From: an uncultured Gammaproteobacteria bacterium
GTDB lineage: Bacteria > Patescibacteriota > Patescibacteriia > UBA9934 > GWF2-40-263
Length of the DNA stretch: 64,000 bases
Direction: 5' to 3'
Assembly: GCA_964402425.1 (NCBI GenBank)
Contig: CAYOCD010000005.1
Span: 6,064 to 70,063 of the forward strand
Below, piece by piece: positions 29,389 through 38,449 of this stretch. The translations under genes and the position numbers were made by a program. The first letter of the stretch is position 1; the number at the start of each line of letters is the position of its first letter. The notes under the pieces were generated by a model. It was not told the DNA's origin. It did no database searches and saw only the letters and a program-made list of their open reading frames with translations.

Positions 29389-30309
29389 ATGAAACATCTT
29401 GATCAACTTATTACAGACTTTCTCGAGTATCTTGAAATTGAGCGCGGGCGTTCAAATCGCACGATCCGAAATTATGATTTTTATTTGCGACGATTTTCTG
29501 AATTTGCGCACAACCCATCACCAAAAGATGTTACACGCGACAAAATTCACGAATATCGTTTGTGGTTGAATCGTATGGAGAGCGGAAGACAGCGTGAACA
29601 ACTCTCAAAGAGTACACAGAACTATCATCTCATCGCTCTTCGTTCGTTTTTGAAATATCTTGCGCGTCAAGCTGTTGAAAGTTTGCCATCGGAACAGATT
29701 GAACTTGCAAAAACACCAATGCGACAAGTGGAATTTTTGGAAGTTGATGAACTTGATCGATTGCTTAAGGCTCCTGACAGGACTGCTGCTGGAATGATTG
29801 CTCTACGCGATAAGGCAATTCTTGAATTGTTATTTTCAACAGGTTTACGTGTGTCTGAGCTTTCAAATTTAAAAATAGAGAACGTAAATTTGAAGCGCGA
29901 TGAATTTACAATTCGTGGAAAGGGTGGAAAGACACGACTCGTGTTTCTTTCGAGTACAGCAAAAGATGCGATCAAAAGTTATTTTGAGAAACGCCGTGAT
30001 ACTTCCCCATTTATATTTGTTTCACATGATCGCGCAAAGCATGGGCGAGAAGAAACGGGGCCACTCACTCCTCGTTCAATACAGCGCATGGTTGAACGGT
30101 ATGCAACCGCTGTGGGAATTACAAAACATATTACACCTCATACATTGCGCCACACGTTCGCGACCGATCTCTTGCTTTCCGGAGCAGACATCCGATCGGT
30201 GCAATCCATGCTCGGTCACTCGAGTATCACAACAACACAGATTTATACACACATTACCAACAACCAGATGAAAGATGTGTATGAAAAGTTTCATGGAAAG
30301 AATCGCTAA
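29389..30309 (+). CDS. xerD: tyrosine site-specific recombinase XerC/XerD
   Basis: 306 aa; catalytic R..H..R..Y region HTLRHTFATDLL...LGHSSITTTQIYTHI. Confidence 0.88.
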   Translation: MKHLDQLITDFLEYLEIERGRSNRTIRNYDFYLRRFSEFAHNPSPKDVTRDKIHEYRLWLNRMESGRQREQLSKSTQNYHLIALRSFLKYLARQAVESLPSEQIELAKTPMRQVEFLEVDELDRLLKAPDRTAAGMIALRDKAILELLFSTGLRVSELSNLKIENVNLKRDEFTIRGKGGKTRLVFLSSTAKDAIKSYFEKRRDTSPFIFVSHDRAKHGREETGPLTPRSIQRMVERYATAVGITKHITPHTLRHTFATDLLLSGADIRSVQSMLGHSSITTTQIYTHITNNQMKDVYEKFHGKNR

Positions 30310-30387
30310 AGAAAAAATGACCACATGGTCGAAAGACTTTCATTGTCAAGAAAAACCACCCATAGCTTTCGCTGGGTGGTAGATTGA

Positions 30388-30907
30388 CTAGTAGGTCGGA
30401 ATTCCGGTGAGTTCTTTGATTTCCCGTACGTTCGGGGCGATGATTGTGTGCGCTCGCATGCCATGTTCGTGCAGAATTTCAAGCGCGAGCTTTTCTCCCC
30501 CCCCCCAGAAGCATCCAGTTTACGACGGCGTTCCTGAATGGGGGTCAATATGTCGATAATGCGATTTGCAAGCAAATGCTTGCAGTCACCACATCGAAGT
30601 GTTCCGTTCCTGCATCCGAATTGGATGTCCATTTCTTCTGCGGCAGTGTTGCACGAGAGTGCATACAGCTGATAAACGCGACACTTTTCCGGTTGACCAG
30701 GTTGGTCTTCGATGCGCGGCTCTTCGGATTTCTCGCTTGTGGTGTGATTGTCCGGCAAGCGTTTGTCTGCCTTCATGATCTTTTGACGGATCAAAAGTTT
30801 TTCGGATCTTTTGCAAGTTCAACAAAGTGACGTATCGCACCAAGGTAGTTACCAAGATGCAAAATACCTGTTGGCCGAATGCCTGACAGAATGATTTTTC
30901 GTTCCAT
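30388..30907 (-). pseudogene. trpS: tryptophanyl-tRNA synthetase remnant (internal deletion, premature stop, homopolymer frameshift)
   Basis: AAGGAG RBS then [38 protein letters not shown]-stop (TrpRS N-terminus with the GNY-GA motif). Another frame gives ...KIMKADKRLPDNH...YQLYALSCNTAAEEMDIQFGCRNGTLRCGDCKHLLANRIIDILTPIQERRR (TrpRS C-terminal third, degenerate KMSKS). A further frameshift at C10 (30497-30506) precedes ...EKLALEILHEHGMRAHTIIAPNVREIKE. Total 0.5 kb versus about 1 kb expected. Confidence 0.6.
30497..30506. repeat. C10/G10 homopolymer tract at the trpS frameshift
   Basis: Ten consecutive C; one extra C would restore the downstream TrpRS frame. Confidence 0.8.
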
Positions 30908-30990
30908 TGAAAACTCCTTGGAAAGGACAAGAAACTTTACGAGTTCCCCTGTTTGGAAGGTAAATGTTTTTTTGTGTATCTGTCAATCCT

Positions 30991-31509
30991 TTAGGTGTGA
31001 TTGATCCACGCAAGAAGTGTGTCGATGTGCGAGCGCAGCACGTGATCGATCTCACCGATTATTTTGACGTACCGGTTCTCGTCTGTGTTCCCGCAAGGGT
31101 CCACGATATCGGATTGTTCCCCGGACAGCCCTGTGAACAATCGTGTTTTCGAACGTTCTTCAGGAAATTGCTTCGTGAGCGAATTTGGTGCTTCAGAAAG
31201 AACAGACGTGTCCATAGCAATGACGACGTCGGCTGCACGCATTGCCTGAAGGTTGATCGGTGTCGCGACATGTTCCGAGATGTCGATTTCGTAACGCTCA
31301 AGAACAGAACGTGCTGCGGCATATTCCGAAACATAGCCGGACAGATTTGGAAATTTTGTCGGTGTTGTTCCTGCAGAGCCTTTCAGTCCACACGATTGAA
31401 CCCGGATGACTTCAGAGAGGTTTTGTTCGATCAGGATTTTTCGCAGGAGATGTTCGGCGATCACAGAGCGTGAAATGTTTCCCAGGCAAACGAAAAGAAC
31501 TGTTTTCAT
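30991..31509 (-). CDS. low-molecular-weight protein tyrosine phosphatase / ArsC-like
   Basis: P-loop VCLGNISRS (CX5R) near the N-terminus; DPCG motif. Confidence 0.8.
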   Translation of the reverse strand: MKTVLFVCLGNISRSVIAEHLLRKILIEQNLSEVIRVQSCGLKGSAGTTPTKFPNLSGYVSEYAAARSVLERYEIDISEHVATPINLQAMRAADVVIAMDTSVLSEAPNSLTKQFPEERSKTRLFTGLSGEQSDIVDPCGNTDENRYVKIIGEIDHVLRSHIDTLLAWINHT

Positions 31510-31615
31510 TGCGGCCTCTTATGGGCTGATTAAAACATTAGCCCATTTCGTTCTACTCGTTCAGAGATACGTTGTCAATTTCAAAAAAAATGAACACAAA
31601 CAAAAAACAGGTTGG

Positions 31616-32386
31616 TTAAACCTGTTTTATTTTTATGGATTGTACGAATTTTTTTGCGTTCGCCGGATCAATGCGTTGATCGTAGCCTCTTACATTTACT
31701 TCTTGTTTTTTTGCTGCTCCTTTTTTGAGGGCAGTGCTTACGATTGTTCCGTTTGCAAATTGGAAGAGTGCATTTACATTTTGTGCATCTGTTCCACTTC
31801 CGATGATGATGGGAAAATCCCCAACGGATTTTCTGACACGTTCAAGTTCATTTAAATCAGGTGCTTGTCCGGTCCATTTTCCTGTGATGATCAATCCATC
31901 AGAACCAGAGTTGATTGCTGCTTTTGCGGATTGTAAAATCGTTTTCTTTGAGAGGAGTTCAGCGTGCTTTACGTGAATGTCTGTAAAAATTGCAACGTGT
32001 TCTACACCAATGCGTTTACGATACGCAATGACTTTTTTTGCTTCGCCCTCAATAATTCCACATGCCGTTTTTACTTTATCGACAAATACAGGAATGCGTA
32101 TGAATTGAAGATTAAAAGTTTTTGCTAGAGAAAGAGCTGTTCGATAATCATTCCAGAGAACACTTACGCCGATAGGTAATTTTGTTTGTGGACGAATTTT
32201 TTCTATCAGATACGACATGGAAGTTATGATGGCTTGGTCAACAAATTCTGTGTGTGGAATGTCATAATTGTTTTCTAAAATGATTGCATCAAAACCGTCT
32301 GATTGAAACGCGGTCAAGTTTTTCAATGCAAAAGTAATGGGAGAGGTGTGATAAGGTCCTCGATTAAGCTGAATTCCTTGACACAT
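31616..32386 (-). CDS. BtpA/SgcQ-family TIM-barrel protein
   Basis: ...DAIILENNYDIPH...IIGSGTDAQNV... consistent with the BtpA family. Confidence 0.6.
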   Translation of the reverse strand: MCQGIQLNRGPYHTSPITFALKNLTAFQSDGFDAIILENNYDIPHTEFVDQAIITSMSYLIEKIRPQTKLPIGVSVLWNDYRTALSLAKTFNLQFIRIPVFVDKVKTACGIIEGEAKKVIAYRKRIGVEHVAIFTDIHVKHAELLSKKTILQSAKAAINSGSDGLIITGKWTGQAPDLNELERVRKSVGDFPIIIGSGTDAQNVNALFQFANGTIVSTALKKGAAKKQEVNVRGYDQRIDPANAKKFVQSIKIKQV

Positions 32387-32447
32387 GAGTCAGAATGTGG
32401 TTTTTTGAACGTGGGCTCGCGCATATTTGCGAACTCAGGGAACGAAC

Positions 32448-32948
32448 ATGAGTTTTCTTGTCTTCTTGATCGTGCTTGTTAGCAGCGGTCAACCTGTAAA
32501 GAGTTTTGAAACTCTTTATGTCCATCACCTTGATCATTTCGATGCACCACGTCCGTATCTTTCCGATGCAGAATACATGAAACGTGTTTTTGTACAGGCA
32601 AAAAAGTCTGGTGCAACAAAGCGGCAAATGCAGCGACTGTATCGGATCGCGCATGAGGAAACAAAGAATAGTCCTCGGGCGTGTGGAAAAAATGGATGCG
32701 GTCCTTTTCAACAACGCGTTCGTTCATTGTCTGAAAGATATGTGAATACAGAATACGTTCGAAATTGGTTTCGGTGGTTGCTTACAAACAAGCCAGGCTT
32801 CGCCGCCACAACCGCACTCGACATGTTGCAACGATGTGAAAATCTCTCAGGAGAATATTGGCGCTGTTGTTACGGCGGTGCGTATCGGTCAGAGTGTCGC
32901 ATCAAATGGGATAAGAAGTATCGAAAAGAACAAGAAGAAAAGACCTAA
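32448..32948 (+). CDS. hypothetical secreted Cys-rich protein
   Basis: Signal peptide MSFLVFLIVLVSSGQP; eight Cys in the C-terminal half. Confidence 0.45.
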   Translation: MSFLVFLIVLVSSGQPVKSFETLYVHHLDHFDAPRPYLSDAEYMKRVFVQAKKSGATKRQMQRLYRIAHEETKNSPRACGKNGCGPFQQRVRSLSERYVNTEYVRNWFRWLLTNKPGFAATTALDMLQRCENLSGEYWRCCYGGAYRSECRIKWDKKYRKEQEEKT

Positions 32949-32952
32949 CGAC

Positions 32953-32982
32953 CCCATCTTACTCAGATGGGATTTTTTTTAT
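32953..32982 (+). terminator. rho-independent terminator
   Basis: CCCATCT-TACTC-AGATGGG followed by ATTTTTTTTAT. Confidence 0.65.
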
Positions 32983-33038
32983 CAAAAAATCCTTCGAGTT
33001 TATCGAAAGATTTCTTATAAAAAGATAGATTTTAAATC

Positions 33039-33115
33039 TGGTGGCCCGAACTGGGGTCGAACCAGTGACCTTGGGCTTAGAAGTCCCCTGCTCTATCCAA
33101 CTGAGCTATCGGGCC
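33039..33115 (-). tRNA. tRNA-Arg (anticodon TCT), CCA encoded
   Basis: Reverse complement GGCCCGATAGCTCAGTTGGATAGAGCAGGGGACTTCTAAGCCCAAGGTCACTGGTTCGACCCCAGTTCGGGCCACCA. Perfect acceptor, D-arm identical to the E. coli tRNA-Arg UCU D-arm, T-arm ACTGG-TTCGACC-CCAGT. The anticodon stem has only 3 G-C pairs (G27.A43 and A31.G39 mismatches). Confidence 0.75.
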
Positions 33116-33358
33116 AGGTTTTTTAAAATCCATCTTTTTGATTCTGAACGAAGTGTGCTTTATCCAAAACCGATGTTTCGGTCGGCTCCGCGACCTATCC
33201 GACAGCGTTGTGGTTGAGCTGCCAAGCCGTTTAGAAAGCACCAAAAATATATCGAATTTTTGTTGATTTGTCAATCAACTCCTGTCTTTATATCTTGACT
33301 TTTCGTGAAAAATCGGTAATGATCCATTTTAGGATTGCTCATTACAGGAGAAGAAACA

Positions 33359-33979
33359 ATGAAGCTTCGTCTGATTGGTCTCACAGGCAACATGGGTTGT
33401 GGGAAAAGTACGGTTGCGGAATTGCTCGCGAAATTTCCGGATGTGGTTGTGTACAACACAGATCTCCTTTGGAGAGAAATGTTGCATGAACCATTTACGC
33501 GTGGTTATGTCAGATTTCTGATCGGTGAACACGCATATGTTGATGGTGTTCCAGAGATCACGATCATCAGTAAAGTTATTTTTGCGGATGATGAAAAACG
33601 TGCGGCACTTGAAGCGTTTGCAGGGTTGCATCTCATGACAGAAATTGTAGATCGTGCCGGAAAATTGCCAGACAAAATGCACGTGATTGAAAATGCCATT
33701 TTGTTTGAAAGTGAGAGTCTGAAATATTTTCCTGAACCAATGGAAGTGATCGTTGCGATATGCGACGAAGAAGAACAACTTCGTCGTGTTCTCTCTCGCG
33801 AAATTCCAGGACGCCCGAATCTTACGCGTGCGCAGTTTAATGCACGTGTTGCAAAGCAGTGGCCGCAAGCAAAAAAAGTTGCTCTCGCGACGCATGTCAT
33901 TGATACGTTCTGTTCCCTTCCCGAGCTCGAAGGTCGAGTGAAGGATCTGTACGCTCAACTCATTGGAGAAAAATCATGA
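33359..33979 (+). CDS. coaE: dephospho-CoA kinase
   Basis: P-loop GLTGNMGCGKST; start at the Met preceding the P-loop. Confidence 0.82.
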   Translation: MKLRLIGLTGNMGCGKSTVAELLAKFPDVVVYNTDLLWREMLHEPFTRGYVRFLIGEHAYVDGVPEITIISKVIFADDEKRAALEAFAGLHLMTEIVDRAGKLPDKMHVIENAILFESESLKYFPEPMEVIVAICDEEEQLRRVLSREIPGRPNLTRAQFNARVAKQWPQAKKVALATHVIDTFCSLPELEGRVKDLYAQLIGEKS

Positions 33980-34515
33980 GTCATACAGTCGGTGTTTACG
34001 CGGGTTCGTTTGATCTGTTTACCAAAGGTCATTTATGGGTTGCGGAACAAGGATCGAACTTGTTTGATAAGCTCATTATCGCTGTTGCTGTGAATCCGGT
34101 GAAGGCAAAGAAAACCATGTTTACCGTTGATGAACGTCTTGCACAAATCCGTGCATGTACGTCACATCTTCCGAATGTGGAAGTAACATTCTGCGAAAAA
34201 AAGTTTTTGCATGATTATGTGATGAGTCTCAAGGCAAACTGGATTCTGCGGGGCATTCGTGGTCCGAAAGATTATGAAGCTGAAGCAAGTATGCAAGACA
34301 TGGTTCGCGAGGCGCTTGAAAAGAAAAAGTGTACGTACGATTTGCAAACCGCATTCGTTCGTCCTCCGCATGACGTAGCTGTTGTGAGTTCAAGTGCGGT
34401 CAAAGAACTGATGGGATTTGATGGATGGGAAGAATTGGTTGAACAATTTGTCTCGCCGGAAATTCTTGAGTTGGTTATCTTGAAATTCAAGGAGGTGCTC
34501 CATGCAAACGTTTAA
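33976..34515 (+). CDS. coaD: phosphopantetheine adenylyltransferase
   Basis: GSFDLFTKGH (HxGH-type) motif; 4-nt overlap with coaE. Confidence 0.88.
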   Translation: MSHTVGVYAGSFDLFTKGHLWVAEQGSNLFDKLIIAVAVNPVKAKKTMFTVDERLAQIRACTSHLPNVEVTFCEKKFLHDYVMSLKANWILRGIRGPKDYEAEASMQDMVREALEKKKCTYDLQTAFVRPPHDVAVVSSSAVKELMGFDGWEELVEQFVSPEILELVILKFKEVLHANV

Positions 34516-35164
34516 AATTGAACCCCAATTTGCGTGGAAACGGTTGTGTAAAGAATTGAGAGTTGAGGAGGTAGATATTCAACTTGGCTTTCAGGAATTC
34601 GTGCAGCGCTATGGCGAACCACATCGCGTGTATCACACGCTCGCGCACATCATGGATTGTCTTGAACAATTTGAGCTTGTGCGAGATCAGTGTGAATATC
34701 CGCTTGCTGTTGAGATGGCAATTTGGTTTCACGATATTGCGTACGATGTGCAACGAAAGGATAATGAAGCACAAAGTCAAAGAGCTGCTCTGAAATTTTT
34801 GCATCGAGCGTATGCACAACAACGTCCGTCGCAGGATTTTGAAAACATCATTGCACTTACCACCCAACATATATATTTCACTGGGCACACAAGAACAGCC
34901 GAAAACCAGGATACACACATCATGGTCGATATCGATCTTTCGATCCTTGGCCGTGATTGGGAAACATACGAGCGCTACACAAAACAGATTCGGGAAGAAT
35001 ACAAAACGGTGTTGAAACCACTGTATGTTCTTGGTCGCAAGAAAATCATGAAGACATTTCTCAGTCGTCCTCGTATTTTTTTAACGCCGTTCTTTTCGGA
35101 ACGCTACGAACTTCAGGCTCGAAAAAATATCGAGCGTGAACTGAAAGAGTTGAAATACTTCTAG
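34502..35164 (+). CDS. HD-superfamily hydrolase (uncharacterised)
   Basis: YHTLAHIMDCL...WFHDIAYD metal-binding His/Asp pattern. Confidence 0.55.
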   Translation: MQTFKIEPQFAWKRLCKELRVEEVDIQLGFQEFVQRYGEPHRVYHTLAHIMDCLEQFELVRDQCEYPLAVEMAIWFHDIAYDVQRKDNEAQSQRAALKFLHRAYAQQRPSQDFENIIALTTQHIYFTGHTRTAENQDTHIMVDIDLSILGRDWETYERYTKQIREEYKTVLKPLYVLGRKKIMKTFLSRPRIFLTPFFSERYELQARKNIERELKELKYF

Positions 35165-35192
35165 CCTACTCTTATGAGTAGGTTTTTTATTT
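35164..35192 (+). terminator. rho-independent terminator
   Basis: CCTACTC-TTATG-AGTAGG followed by TTTTTTATTTT. Confidence 0.7.
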
Positions 35193-35233
35193 TCCTGATA
35201 AAGAAAAAACACATCTGTTAAGATGTGTTGAGG

Positions 35234-36228
35234 TTAGAATGGCATGTCTTGCATGGCGAACTTGGTGCGCACACCAGATTTTTCTTCGATGGTGCGTGCG
35301 ATATTAACTACGGCTTCAAATGAAGCGTCTGGGTCATGGTGTGTGGTGATGATGAGCTTTGGTTTGGCAAGACGTGCATGTTCAGCGGCTGCTTCAGCGG
35401 TAATGTGTCCAAATCCTTTGCGGGTTTCGTACATCTTTTCATCGTACTGAACTTCGGTCACCACAACATCAGCTTCATCCCACAATCAACAATGTTTTTG
35501 TCATAGATGTGACCATGTTCGTGGTCTAGAGTAACGACAATCACTTTTCCACCCCAAGTGAAACGGTAACCGTACGCTTGGTTTGGATGATACATAGGCA
35601 AAACTTCGACCTTGATATCACCACCGATAGAGCATGATAGATGAAATGTTGAGTTTTCCTTTACGGTTGTGTACTTGCGCTTCGATGCGAGCCACACATG
35701 TTTGACCGGAAAGGTTGGCCAAGCGAATACGCGTTCTTCCATGACACGTTCAATTGAGTAACCATCGTGCATACCGCCAAAGAATTCAATCTCTGTATTT
35801 GGACTGTAGATAGGTTTGAACGACTGAATGCCGTAGAGGTGATCGCCGTGTACATGCGAAAAGATAACATAGATCTTGAGCGGTTTTTTTGGAGAGATGA
35901 GTCCTGCACTCATCATGGCTTTTCCAAGATACTCAGGGTGTGCATTATGTGTTTTGAGAAATTTACCCATGAAGTCATCGACTTCTCGCCAGGTAATTCC
36001 GGGTGTGAGGTGGTCTTTGATGAGCTCATTTCCAAGCCCAATGATTCCACTTCCTGTATCAAAAACAACAATCGTATCTGCAAACTTGAGTGTATGACAC
36101 GTAGTCTGTCCGCCCAGCTGTGGGTTATAAGACGCAAAGGAGCCTTGTGTACCATAGAAACGGCCGCGTGGCCTCATCAACTCCATCATTGTTTCGTTGA
36201 CAAGTGGTAATCCTAATGAGAGTGTCAT
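35234..36228 (-). pseudogene. MBL-fold metallo-hydrolase disrupted by one frameshift
   Basis: The upstream ORF has HVHGDH (HxHxDH) and ...LDHEHGHIYDKNIVD; the -1 frame continues (L)WDEADVVVTEVQYDEK...GHITAEAAAEHARLAKPKLIITTHHDP. The two ORFs overlap at 35458-35485. Confidence 0.55.
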
Positions 36229-36530
36229 GGGTTTTCCTCCTGAAAATTGGAAGGTACTTCCGAGTGAGGTTCATTCCTCATTTCAGCAGGTAACACCATG
36301 TTCCCAGCTGAAGTAAAGATGAGAAACAGTAAGCAAATATCTTCTTTTTGTCAATGGATTTACTAAAGGTAAATCAAGCGACCCCATTTTTGCCACAAGA
36401 ACAGTTTAAAATGTTTGTCATAATTGAAAATACTGTTTGTCGAAGAGATCGACAACATGTAGGTTGTTCTAGAGCTTTATATATTGCCAATAATTCATCT
36501 ATCCTTTATAATCGTCCCGTTAGCCTTCAT

Positions 36531-36606
36531 GGCGGTCATGGTGAAAAGGTTATCACAGGGGTTTGTGGTACCTCTATTACGGGTTCAATTCCCGTTGACC
36601 GCCCCA
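36531..36606 (+). tRNA. tRNA-His (anticodon GTG) with encoded G-1 and CCA
   Basis: G-1 then GCGGTCA...; D-arm GTGA/TCAC; anticodon stem GGGGT/ACCTC with loop TTGTGGT; T-arm ACGGG-TTCAATT-CCCGT; discriminator C. The overlapping ORF 36348-36650 is rejected. Confidence 0.85.
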
Positions 36607-36614
36607 CAAAAAAA

Positions 36615-36645
36615 CTCTCGGTTTTTCCGAGGGTTTTTTTATTTT
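36615..36645 (+). terminator. terminator after tRNA-His
   Basis: CTCGG-TTTTT-CCGAG followed by GGTTTTTTTATTTTTAT. Confidence 0.6.
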
Positions 36646-36653
36646 TATAGAAC

Positions 36654-36683
36654 CGTTGACCAAAATGTTTTTTTTCTTTACAC
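36654..36683 (+). promoter_or_regulatory. sigma70-like promoter
   Basis: TTGACC-17-TACACT about 40 nt upstream of the ATG at 36726. Confidence 0.5.
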
Positions 36684-36725
36684 TCTGCCAACTGTCTCAA
36701 AAAGATGACAGTCGGAGTGTAGCTC

Positions 36726-37775
36726 ATGGTTGAAGTGATTAAGCGTTTCAAGTCGTTTCATCTGAGTCCATCTATTCGTGTGGGCGGTGGACACATCATT
36801 TCCTTGTGTGCACCACTTAGAACGCTCATGGCTTATGCCGCCATTCAGGAGTGGAATCCGCATCATATTGTTGCATTCGGTCAAAACGGTGCTGTGCCCG
36901 GATTGACGAAGGCGAGCATTGAGGCACACATGATTGTGATTGTGGGTGACCACAATATGGCAGATGTTGCTGGATCGATCGATAAGACGATTTTGCACGC
37001 GCTTTTGCAGGATGAATTCGACTACGCAAACATGATTGCAGGGTTTCACAACGGTGTTCAAATCGTGAACTTCGGAAGTGCTTTTGCAACAAATCCGTTT
37101 GGTGAGTACATCACGGACGTTTTGTTTAGGACGTTTTTTGATCGCGAGAATCAAGTTAAGTATTCGAGTGGTGTTTCAAACACGCTTTTGTTCATTGGTG
37201 GCGAGAAAGATCGCACGTTGTACGCAAAGATTGCGGGACGTGATGGAACTTATAAGATGTTGCCAAGTCCGTTCGCGGGTGTGGTGGAATCGCGTCATGC
37301 GGTGGTTGGTAAGAACATCTTGCTCATGGCTGGATTTGATCGCAAAGACATTTTTGCGATCGATGCAGAGTCGATCGTCGACTTTTTGTCAGAATCCGAA
37401 TCCGTGCTCATGTGGTCAGAACAGCGCATTGCTCACAGTATCGAAGATATTGCTGTGGTTGATGGTTCGCCCGACACGGTGATTCTCACGCTTTCGGACG
37501 GTTCGTTTCGTCTTGTGCCGATTACGGTTCGTTTTGTACAAGATAATCTTGTTCTCAATACGAGTACAGCAGAAGGAATCTGCCTTGAAGATCTTGGTGG
37601 CGAGATTCTCTCGCCGATCGTGCGCGTTGCGCACAATGGCCATCTCATCTTGGCAGATCGTCACAACACCTCTGCCCTTTTGCGGTTTGATCGCTCAACA
37701 AATTTCGGTCCGAAGTTTGTGGACATGGTTCGTCGCACAATGATGCGTAAACTTTCCGCACATTCTCTTAGCTAG
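36726..37775 (+). CDS. hypothetical cytoplasmic protein (349 aa)
   Basis: Long ORF with its own promoter and terminator; no recognisable family. Confidence 0.55.
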   Translation: MVEVIKRFKSFHLSPSIRVGGGHIISLCAPLRTLMAYAAIQEWNPHHIVAFGQNGAVPGLTKASIEAHMIVIVGDHNMADVAGSIDKTILHALLQDEFDYANMIAGFHNGVQIVNFGSAFATNPFGEYITDVLFRTFFDRENQVKYSSGVSNTLLFIGGEKDRTLYAKIAGRDGTYKMLPSPFAGVVESRHAVVGKNILLMAGFDRKDIFAIDAESIVDFLSESESVLMWSEQRIAHSIEDIAVVDGSPDTVILTLSDGSFRLVPITVRFVQDNLVLNTSTAEGICLEDLGGEILSPIVRVAHNGHLILADRHNTSALLRFDRSTNFGPKFVDMVRRTMMRKLSAHSLS

Positions 37776-37784
37776 ACAGACCCT

Positions 37785-37845
37785 TTCCTCGCAATCTCAT
37801 GCGGGGATTTTTTTAAATAAAAAACCCCACAAAATATTGTGGGAT
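37785..37845. terminator. convergent terminator pair
   Basis: + strand CCTCGCAATCTCATGCGGGG followed by ATTTTTTT; minus strand CCCACAATATTTTGTGGGG followed by TTTTTTATTT. Confidence 0.5.
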
Positions 37846-37856
37846 GAGGATCGACA

Positions 37857-38306
37857 TTATGTCGATAAGGCAGGAAGGACTCCTCCAGAGTTCTCAAACA
37901 CGGTTCCAGGGTTTGCTCCACAGACAAAGCAGTAGATTGGAACTATTTCCGGATCCGCAAAGGTTGCAAGACCACAGTTCGGACAATAGTCTGAGCTTGG
38001 GGTAAGAAGGGTGTGTAATGTGCGACCCCAGTCCCCTAATGTGTGGAGGTGATGACGAGCACACCACTCCATCAGATGTTTGTGACACGTTTCATTGAGC
38101 CCTACAAACACAACGTTTAGATCGGGAGAGAGATCTGCTGCGAGCAAGAGCTTGCACCTACGTGCGAGTTCGAGCATGGATGGATTGCGTTCATCTGCGT
38201 CGAAATGAATGATACACATGGTCATAAGCTCCTTCATTCGAATTTGTTTCGCGATTTGTTGCGTTTTGGAAAATGGGCAGTGGGTCGTTTCAGTTTGAAG
38301 GAACAT
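37857..38306 (-). CDS. hypothetical protein with C-terminal zinc-ribbon (CPNC...CFVC)
   Basis: AAGGAGG 5 nt upstream of the ATG; 149 aa. Confidence 0.5.
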   Translation of the reverse strand: MFLQTETTHCPFSKTQQIAKQIRMKELMTMCIIHFDADERNPSMLELARRCKLLLAADLSPDLNVVFVGLNETCHKHLMEWCARHHLHTLGDWGRTLHTLLTPSSDYCPNCGLATFADPEIVPIYCFVCGANPGTVFENSGGVLPALST

Positions 38307-38388
38307 ATGAGCCTCCTTGAGGCGTTGTAGAGAGTTTCTTTTCCAGCTTCAAGATAAGCATAACCGATCTCTGTAAAGACAAAAGAGG

Positions 38389-38411
38389 TGTTGTCGACTT
38401 TTTCGACAACA
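38389..38411. promoter_or_regulatory. inverted repeat TGTTGTCGA-CTTTT-TCGACAACA (candidate operator of the second TrmB paralog)
   Basis: 9-bp perfect arms with a 5-nt spacer immediately upstream of the regulator ORF. Confidence 0.45.
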
Positions 38412-38449
38412 TTTTGACTTCTGAATCATGGCATGAGATTCTAGAATAT

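Noticed and set aside
29389-30309. Integron or integrative element anchored on xerD
   Set aside because: The recombinase has a standard XerC/D length and motifs, and there is no attC-like array, no cargo genes and no flanking repeats. Only the decayed trpS next door is odd.
30306-30794. 162-aa ORF treated as an independent gene
   Set aside because: Its conserved part is the C-terminal third of TrpRS, and the rest is read-through past a homopolymer frameshift. It belongs to the trpS remnant.
35234-35485. 83-aa ORF as a separate gene
   Set aside because: It is the in-register C-terminal continuation of the MBL-fold protein after a frameshift.
36348-36650. 100-aa ORF on the plus strand
   Set aside because: Overlaps a well-folded tRNA-His (with G-1 and CCA) and its terminator.
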